A stretch of DNA of 11,267 nucleotides, from assembly GCA_038128265.1 (NCBI GenBank), contig JAYPJE010000098.1:1-11267 (forward strand), in the 5' to 3' direction. Every line of letters begins with the position of its first letter. The stretch's first letter is position 1. Below the pieces are notes generated by a model that had not been told where the DNA came from, ran no database searches, and saw nothing but the letters and a program-made list of their open reading frames with translations. A program made the position numbers and the translations under genes. This document shows, piece by piece, positions 1 to 5,801 of this stretch. The stretch is from Gemmatimonadota bacterium. Lineage in GTDB: Bacteria > Latescibacterota > UBA2968 > UBA8231.

Positions 1-207
1 TACGGCTATCTCTGGTGGCTGCGCGGCGACGGCTCGTACCGCGCCAGCGGCGTCTTCGGCCAGGGCATCTCGATCCATCCGCAGCAGGGTATCGTCATTG
101 CGCTGCACAGCGCGCGCCCCAATGCCAGCACGCCGGAAGATTCGGCCCGGCAGGAAGCCCTTTTCACCGCGCTGGCCGGCGCCCTAACCGCTGAGGCAGA
201 CCGGTGA
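1..207 (+). CDS. Serine hydrolase, class C beta-lactamase/6-aminohexanoate-dimer hydrolase-like; C-terminal fragment (5' end outside window)
   Basis: Not in the ORF track because it has no start here. Frame 1 reads YGYLWWLRGDGSYRASGVFGQGISIHPQQGIVIALHSA...EADR* with TGA at 205-207. YGYxWW and GxFGQxIxIxP are typical C-terminal motifs of this family. Confidence 0.85.
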   Translation, partial: YGYLWWLRGDGSYRASGVFGQGISIHPQQGIVIALHSARPNASTPEDSARQEALFTALAGALTAEADR

Positions 208-359
208 TCTCGCCGCATCTCCACGCGCCTGAGAACGGTCGCGCGGCCGCACCCAGATGGCACGTTAACTGCATCGGGATTTCAGAAATAGCCCTCCAGT
301 TTGCGCACGGTGTAATGGGCCCGTCCCATACACAACGGCTATTGAGAAAGTAAAGCCCC

Positions 360-887
360 ATGACGGTTGAAAACGAGGAAGCGCGCTGGAGAACGCTGAT
401 GCTTTTAACTCAGCAGGGCGAAAAGGAATCGTACAGCCTGCTTCTATCCGAGCTGATTCCCATCATTGATGACTTTGTGACCAGTCGCTGCGGCATATTG
501 GGGGATACCCAAGAGATAAAGCAGCAGTGCCTCCGCACGCTGCACAAGGCGAGAATGAGCTACGCACCAACGCAACCGTTCTACGCGTGGCTCTTTTCTA
601 TCTTGCGCTACTCCATCATTGCAAATCTTCATAAGATACCCAAAGAGAGTTATGCCCGTGGCTCACATATTCAAACCGACTATAATACGCCCTTTTTCCA
701 GTCTGCTGTAGAGCGCCTTCCCTCTCACTATTCCCATGTCGTTCGCGTCACCCTATTCACCATGGAGCCGATGGCAAGGATAGCGGAAAGACTAGGCCTG
801 ACAGAGAGAAAACTCCGCCAAGAGTGTGGGCGTGCCATCAAACTCCTGCGCAAAATCATAGGAAAAATGCTACGTGAGCTTAGATGA
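360..887 (+). CDS. ECF sigma-70 factor, divergent SigF/ECF16-like
   Basis: N-terminal W..LM...QQGE..SY..LL.EL; region 2 LHKARMSYAPTQPFYAWLFSILRY; region 4 VERLP...ARIAERLGLTE (HTH). Overlaps a downstream NrsF-like gene by 14 nt. Weak RBS GAGAAAG at 344-350. Confidence 0.85.
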   Translation: MTVENEEARWRTLMLLTQQGEKESYSLLLSELIPIIDDFVTSRCGILGDTQEIKQQCLRTLHKARMSYAPTQPFYAWLFSILRYSIIANLHKIPKESYARGSHIQTDYNTPFFQSAVERLPSHYSHVVRVTLFTMEPMARIAERLGLTERKLRQECGRAIKLLRKIIGKMLRELR

Positions 888-1518
888 GTTAAAAGACGAA
901 CTCGTCTCCGAGCTAGATGCGAGAAAACCCGCCCTACGTTCCACACGACTGATTTTGCTGTGGGCCATACTATCCTATTCCCTAGTTATTGCATTAATAC
1001 TTGTCACAGGCCCGCTGCGCCCCGGCTGGTTTGAGCAGCTTGCTGCCTCTCCTCGATTTCTAATCGAATTTGCGCTAGGCCTATCCATATCGCCTGTAGC
1101 TATCTACTTCGCCGTCGTGCTCAATCGCCCAGAAGAGAGCCTGTGGCAAGACCGACGTATATTTATCCCCTTCGGATTGGCTGGTGCAACTATTCTACTC
1201 GTAGTGCTTGCCATCGGCTTTCCACTCTTTCACGTTTCCAACGTAGGCTATCGACCCCACTGCCTGAGCGAGACCATCGAATTCACTGTTCCACCGATGA
1301 TTCTATGGCTGGTCTTGGCCCGAGGCGGCTATTCTATTCGACCTGCCCTAAGCGGTCTATTGCTCGGTTTGGCCACCGCCAGCCCGCCGGCGGTGGCCAT
1401 GCATATCGCCTGTAAATACGATCCTCTACATATGCTGCTTTTTCATTTTGTGCCCGTTTGCGTTTTGAGCGTTATACTGTCCATTGCATTTTGGGTATTT
1501 CGCAGGCGGGCGTACTGA
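874..1518 (+). CDS. nrsF: Membrane anti-sigma factor, NrsF/OsrA (DUF1109) family
   Basis: 214 aa with about six hydrophobic segments, N-terminal 'LKDELVSEL', 'GPLRP', and Cys130 (1261-1263) plus Cys180 (1411-1413, HIAC..D...H...FH). The 50-residue spacing matches the sensing cysteines of Caulobacter NrsF. GTG start overlaps the sigma gene. Confidence 0.85.
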   Translation: MSLDELKDELVSELDARKPALRSTRLILLWAILSYSLVIALILVTGPLRPGWFEQLAASPRFLIEFALGLSISPVAIYFAVVLNRPEESLWQDRRIFIPFGLAGATILLVVLAIGFPLFHVSNVGYRPHCLSETIEFTVPPMILWLVLARGGYSIRPALSGLLLGLATASPPAVAMHIACKYDPLHMLLFHFVPVCVLSVILSIAFWVFRRRAY

Positions 1519-1570
1519 ACAACCCATCGCGTAGCGGCGATTTCATACGCCCTTTAGCAGGAGCCTCTCC

Positions 1571-2716
1571 ATGAGCATCGGTCGCATCTGGCCCAGTGAA
1601 ACGGTAGAAATACGGGATCCGCTCAGCGGTATCGCGCTGCGCCAGCTAACGAACTACCGCGCCCACAGCCACCACTTCTACTTTACCAATCCCGGCTGGT
1701 ACGACGGCGGCCGCCGCCTGCTCTTAGCGTCCGACCGCGACAATCGCACCAACCTATTTGGACTCGACCTAGAAAGCGGCCAGCTCCAGCAGCTGACAGA
1801 TCTGGAGCCGCTACCGCTGCCGCGCGAAGTAGAATTCCTGCGCGCCTGTGTGAGCAATACGAGTGACGAAGCCTATTTCTGGTACGGCATGGAGCTGCGC
1901 GCGCTCGATCTGCACAGCCTGGAAAGTCGCGTGCTCTACCGCATGGAAGACGGCTGGGACGTGTCGATGATCAACTGCAGCGCCGACGGACGCCACGTCT
2001 ACGCCAGCGTCTCCGAAGACATGTCCGCGCGCTTCCGCGTCGACTATCTGCGCGGCTACGTCGGCTTTCGCGAGACCTGGGCCGCCCGACCGCTGAGCCG
2101 CATTCTGCGCATCGCCGTCGATGGTTCGGGCGGACAGTCCATCTTTGAGGAGTCATACTGGATCGGCCACGTCAACACCTCACCGACGCGCAACGAGCTG
2201 CTGACCTTTTGCCACGAGGGACCGTGGAACGAAGTCGATAATCGCATTTGGGGTATGAACGTCGAAACCGGTGCGGTGTGGAGAATTCGCGCGCGCCAGG
2301 AAGAAGGCGAGGCCGTCGGACACGAGTACTGGCACGCCGACGGCGAGCGCATCGGCTACCACGGCCGCAGCGTAGACGGCGCGCAGTTTATAGGCCACGT
2401 GCGCTACGACGATACGGACCCCATCGAAACGGCCTTTCCCGGCAAAACCGGCCACATCCACTCCAATGACCCCGAGCTGATCGTTGGCGACGGCGGCCGC
2501 GTCGTGCGCCTGTGGCAGCGACAGGGCGATGGCTACAGCGCGCCGCGCGCCCTGTGCTGCCACGATTCGTCGATGAAGATTCAGCAGCTACACGTGCATC
2601 CGCGATTTTCTCCCGATGGAACGCACGTGCTCTTTACCAGCGACGTTTCCGGCTACGGCAACGTCTATCTGGCCGAGGTGCCCGATGTGGCCAGCTTGCC
2701 AGAGGTGGAAGACTAG
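1571..2716 (+). CDS. Oligogalacturonate lyase family protein (PL22, Ogl-like seven-bladed beta-propeller)
   Basis: DPLSG...QLT...HHFYF, WIGHVN.SP, FCHEGPW..VD.RIW, GHEYW..DG, GHIHSN and QQLHVHPRFSPDG (QxxHxH metal site). RBS AGGAG at 1559-1563. No signal peptide. Confidence 0.88.
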   Translation: MSIGRIWPSETVEIRDPLSGIALRQLTNYRAHSHHFYFTNPGWYDGGRRLLLASDRDNRTNLFGLDLESGQLQQLTDLEPLPLPREVEFLRACVSNTSDEAYFWYGMELRALDLHSLESRVLYRMEDGWDVSMINCSADGRHVYASVSEDMSARFRVDYLRGYVGFRETWAARPLSRILRIAVDGSGGQSIFEESYWIGHVNTSPTRNELLTFCHEGPWNEVDNRIWGMNVETGAVWRIRARQEEGEAVGHEYWHADGERIGYHGRSVDGAQFIGHVRYDDTDPIETAFPGKTGHIHSNDPELIVGDGGRVVRLWQRQGDGYSAPRALCCHDSSMKIQQLHVHPRFSPDGTHVLFTSDVSGYGNVYLAEVPDVASLPEVED

Positions 2717-2719
2717 CGC

Positions 2720-2980
2720 TCAGGGGCTGCGGCGCTCGGCCCACCACATCAGCGCGCGAACACCCAGCGGCAGGCCGATGCAAAAATAGGTTAGCCACCA
2801 GAAGCCCGAGACGACCTGTTGGCGGTCAAACGGCGCGCGGTCGGCATTGACCAAAAAGAGCGCCCAGGCGGTCAGCGCAGCTATCAGCATCCACGCCAGC
2901 CAACACACAGCACAAAAGTAGGTAAACAGGCGCCGTGGACTGTCTTTGGCCGTCCGCTCTTTCTTTTGTTGATCACCCAT
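2720..2980 (-). CDS. Small hypothetical membrane protein (86 aa, two predicted TM helices)
   Basis: ATG at 2980 is preceded by AAAAGGA with 6-nt spacing. Charged N-terminus, then two hydrophobic Trp-rich segments. Fills the gap after the lyase gene. The ORF-track extension to 3172 overlaps the GNAT gene and is rejected. Confidence 0.65.
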   Translation of the reverse strand: MGDQQKKERTAKDSPRRLFTYFCAVCWLAWMLIAALTAWALFLVNADRAPFDRQQVVSGFWWLTYFCIGLPLGVRALMWWAERRSP

Positions 2981-3059
2981 TTGCCGTCCTTTTTGCCGCG
3001 CTGCAGTTACCACTTCTCTGCCAACCAAAACCACCGATATTTGAGTGCGTGCCGATAGC

Positions 3060-3081
3060 GCAATATGTTTGCACGTATTGC
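3060..3081. promoter_or_regulatory. Inverted repeat (candidate operator or leader hairpin) in the divergent intergenic region
   Basis: GCAATATGT-ttgc-ACGTATTGC: 8/9 DNA symmetry, or 9 bp as RNA with one G-U pair. Confidence 0.35.
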
Positions 3082-3101
3082 ACCCTCTACCAGGAGCCAC
3101 T

Positions 3102-3680
3102 ATGTCGCACAATTCCCGCGCCACGCTAGCGGGCAATTCCGTCCGCATGATTCGCCCGCACCTGGACGACATTCCCCAGGTCGATTTCCCCGATGGCTAC
3201 TCCATTCGACCGCTGCGCGTAGAAGAGGGCGCCGTGTGGAGCGACGTCGTTATCGAAGCCGAACCCTGGCTCGAGCTATCAACTGATCTCTTCACAAACG
3301 AGTTCTCCAGCGATCTGTCTTCTGTGCCGGAGCGCTGCTTTTTTGTCGTTGACGGAGCCGATACGCCCATTGGCACGATCAGCGCCTGGTATAAAGGAGC
3401 CGTGCGCGGGCTCGACTACGGCCTCATCCATTGGGTTGCTGTGCGCCCCGCGCACCAGGGCAAAGGCCTCGGCAAAGCGGCTCTGTCCTTTGCACTACAG
3501 AAATTAGCCCTCTGGCACGAACGCGCCATGCTCGGCACCCAATCCAAGCGCCTGCCAGCTATCTCACTCTACCTCAACTTCGGCTTCCTCCCCGACCTTG
3601 AAGAAGCTGGCGCCGTTGAAGACTGGCGCCTGCTGCGGGACCAGCTAAACCATCCCGCGCTGAACGGCATGGACTTATAG
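3102..3680 (+). CDS. GNAT family N-acetyltransferase
   Basis: Acetyl-CoA motif A (HWVAVRPAHQGKGLGKA) and motif B (AISLYLNFGF). Start placed at ATG 3102 because of RBS CAGGAG at 3091-3096. Confidence 0.9.
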   Translation: MSHNSRATLAGNSVRMIRPHLDDIPQVDFPDGYSIRPLRVEEGAVWSDVVIEAEPWLELSTDLFTNEFSSDLSSVPERCFFVVDGADTPIGTISAWYKGAVRGLDYGLIHWVAVRPAHQGKGLGKAALSFALQKLALWHERAMLGTQSKRLPAISLYLNFGFLPDLEEAGAVEDWRLLRDQLNHPALNGMDL

Positions 3681-3726
3681 CAATCACATCCGCCGAACAA
3701 ACGGTGATTTTTGTTGTGTCGGGTCG

Positions 3727-3773
3727 CGCTTTTTCCTTAGGTTCCCTATCGCACCGCTCACCTGGGAAAGGCG
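3727..3773 (+). promoter_or_regulatory. Predicted RBS-sequestering hairpin upstream of the exported-protein pair
   Basis: CGCTTTTTCC (3727-3736) pairs with GGGAAAGGCG (3764-3773): 10 contiguous bp including 2 G-U. AGG (3739-3741) pairs with CCT (3761-3763). ATG is at 3778. Confidence 0.4.
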
Positions 3774-3777
3774 TCAT

Positions 3778-5793
3778 ATGGGCTGTCTCTTCGCCATTTT
3801 CTTTCTCCTTGTCGCACAGAGCCAAGCGCAAAGTCCGGCGTGGCAGCTAGGGGGCAGCGGTAACGCGTGGGGCGAGCGCGACTCGCTGCAGGTGCTGATC
3901 GATTTTAACCGCACCCCGGGATCCATCCAACCCGTTTACTTAGAGCCCGATAAAAACGTTCTGCACCTGCTGGAAAACTGGCAGTTCTGGCGCGTGCCAT
4001 CCGACTACGACCTCGGTTTTGAAGACGGGCAAAAGCCGCGCTTCTGGAACCGCTGGGGCGGTGCCGGCGGCGATCCCACGCAGAGCGGTATCTTTTTAAT
4101 CGATAACGACAGCACCACCTACAATGCACCCAAAGTCGTCAATATCGACAATACGTTTTTCACCATAGACACCGCCGTGCCCATTCCCGCCTACCGCTTT
4201 GGCTTCTACACGCCGGACGAGGGCTATCGTTCCGACGGCACGCCGCTGCGCACCGACGTCATACCCGCCTTTGACGCTTCTATCGGCGACGATTCCGAAC
4301 CGGCCGTCAACTGGGGCGGCAACGATCCATTTCAACGCGTTATTGCCAACGTCGGCACGAACTTCGAATCCGATGTCCGCATCGATTTTTCGCGCCAGTA
4401 TGCGCGCTTTTTCCGCTGGCGTCGTCGCGAATCGCCCGTCGATGCCGAAGCGCTCAACCGCTGCTCCGGCTGCGGCGGCCAGGGCAATCAAGCCATTCCA
4501 CTCAAGGGCACGATCGGCGGATTTGAGCTCTTTGCACACGGCGTGCCCCAGCGCGCCTTCTACCTGAGCCAAATCATCGACCTGGGACGCATCGTGAATT
4601 TTGGCCACCTACACTGGCGTGCCACGCCCATGCGCCGCGTCAACGGCGTTGCTATAGAAGACGCCAGCGCCGACGTCTGGCTCAAGGCCGAGGTGCGCGT
4701 TGGGCGTGACGATGACCCAGCCGTCTACCACGAGTACACCAATACCGGACGCGAAAAGGAAGTCTCGCGCGCGACCTACGAATCGCTCTCCGCCGTGCTC
4801 GGGCGCGATCCGCGTCCCGGCATCCGCGCCTCCGTCGGCTACGATGCTGAAAACTGGTCATTTTGGTCGGTGCCCTTTACGGAGTCGGGACAGCTCGTGC
4901 GCCTGCGCAGCGGATCTCATCTGCAGATCAAGCTATCGCTAGAAAGCCGCGATTACGACGCCTGGATTCGCGTCGATTCACTGTGGCTAGAAACACCACC
5001 GCTGCTAGTCGACGAAGCCATTGGCGAGGTGGCGCGATCCGACGACCTACAGCCACAGCGTGGCTTTACCGAAGTCGAGCTCGGCCAGAGCACGGAGTTT
5101 GCCTACGACCTGCGCACCGTATTCACCAGCGCCAGCGCGCCCGGCTTTGACGCGCTGCGCATCTATACCGGCGGCGATGCGGCGTTCCTTCGCCTTGAAA
5201 TGGGCACACCGCTGCGCCCGGTCGAACCGGCTGCCGTTGTGCAGGAAGAGGGCGCGCTCGTCATCCAACTGCCCGAGCCCATGACGCGTCGCAACAACGC
5301 ACCCGTGCGCGTGACATTTTCCACGCGCCTCTTTGAGTTTGCCTCGACGTTTGAAGGCGAAGTCTTTGCCCGTGACAGCGATGCGCTACCGCAGCCCATT
5401 TTGCCCGGAGATGCCAGCGAAGCGATGTCGACCAACAGCCTGCGCGTGCTCAGCGCCGAGAGCGGAGCCATCGGCTTTGTGCAGGCACTGCAGCGCTCGA
5501 CGGGCGTGCTGACGCCCAACGGCGACGGCGTCAACGACCGACTAACGCTCACCTACTCGCTCTTTCGCCTGCCCGGTCCCGTGCCCGTGCAGCTCGAAGT
5601 TTACGCGCTCGATGGCCGCCGCATCGCCCGGGTTGATATTGGCCTGCAAGACGCGGGCCTGCGCCAGTTCGTCTGGGACGGGCGCGACGAACGGGGCCAG
5701 CTGCTACCACCAGGGCTCTACCTCTTTTCCATCGCATTAGAAACGCAGGCGGCGCAGGCGCGCGTCCTGCACTCGCTCGGGATCGCCTACTGA
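3778..5793 (+). CDS. Exported protein A: signal peptide, one discoidin-like beta-sandwich, C-terminal FlgD-Ig/T9SS type B CTD-like domain; function unknown
   Basis: Signal peptide MGCLFAIFFLLVAQSQA|Q. C-terminal VLTPNGDGVND...EVYALDGRRI...WDGRDERGQLLPPGLY...LGIAY*. RBS GGAAAGG at 3765-3771. Confidence 0.8.
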   Translation: MGCLFAIFFLLVAQSQAQSPAWQLGGSGNAWGERDSLQVLIDFNRTPGSIQPVYLEPDKNVLHLLENWQFWRVPSDYDLGFEDGQKPRFWNRWGGAGGDPTQSGIFLIDNDSTTYNAPKVVNIDNTFFTIDTAVPIPAYRFGFYTPDEGYRSDGTPLRTDVIPAFDASIGDDSEPAVNWGGNDPFQRVIANVGTNFESDVRIDFSRQYARFFRWRRRESPVDAEALNRCSGCGGQGNQAIPLKGTIGGFELFAHGVPQRAFYLSQIIDLGRIVNFGHLHWRATPMRRVNGVAIEDASADVWLKAEVRVGRDDDPAVYHEYTNTGREKEVSRATYESLSAVLGRDPRPGIRASVGYDAENWSFWSVPFTESGQLVRLRSGSHLQIKLSLESRDYDAWIRVDSLWLETPPLLVDEAIGEVARSDDLQPQRGFTEVELGQSTEFAYDLRTVFTSASAPGFDALRIYTGGDAAFLRLEMGTPLRPVEPAAVVQEEGALVIQLPEPMTRRNNAPVRVTFSTRLFEFASTFEGEVFARDSDALPQPILPGDASEAMSTNSLRVLSAESGAIGFVQALQRSTGVLTPNGDGVNDRLTLTYSLFRLPGPVPVQLEVYALDGRRIARVDIGLQDAGLRQFVWDGRDERGQLLPPGLYLFSIALETQAAQARVLHSLGIAY

Positions 5794-5801
5794 GATTCTC
5801 T

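Noticed and set aside
6..361. Minus-strand ORFs 6..263 and 164..361
   Set aside because: They overlap the serine hydrolase fragment and sigma leader and show no protein-like features.
1526..1541. ATCGC/GCGAT hairpin after nrsF
   Set aside because: Only 5 bp with a minimal T-tract; not a convincing terminator or insertion boundary.
3045..3101. Longer GTG start for the GNAT gene
   Set aside because: No RBS at 3045; CAGGAG precedes ATG 3102.
2981..3172. N-terminal extension of the minus-strand ORF (150-aa version with a CNTCKH motif)
   Set aside because: CxxCxH is not a c-heme CxxCH motif. The extension overlaps the GNAT start and divergent spacer, and ATG 2980 has a clear RBS.
3682..3716. 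Possible intrinsic terminator after GNAT (AATCAC...GTGATT then T-rich)
   Set aside because: The stem is short and AT-rich with a large loop; too weak to call.
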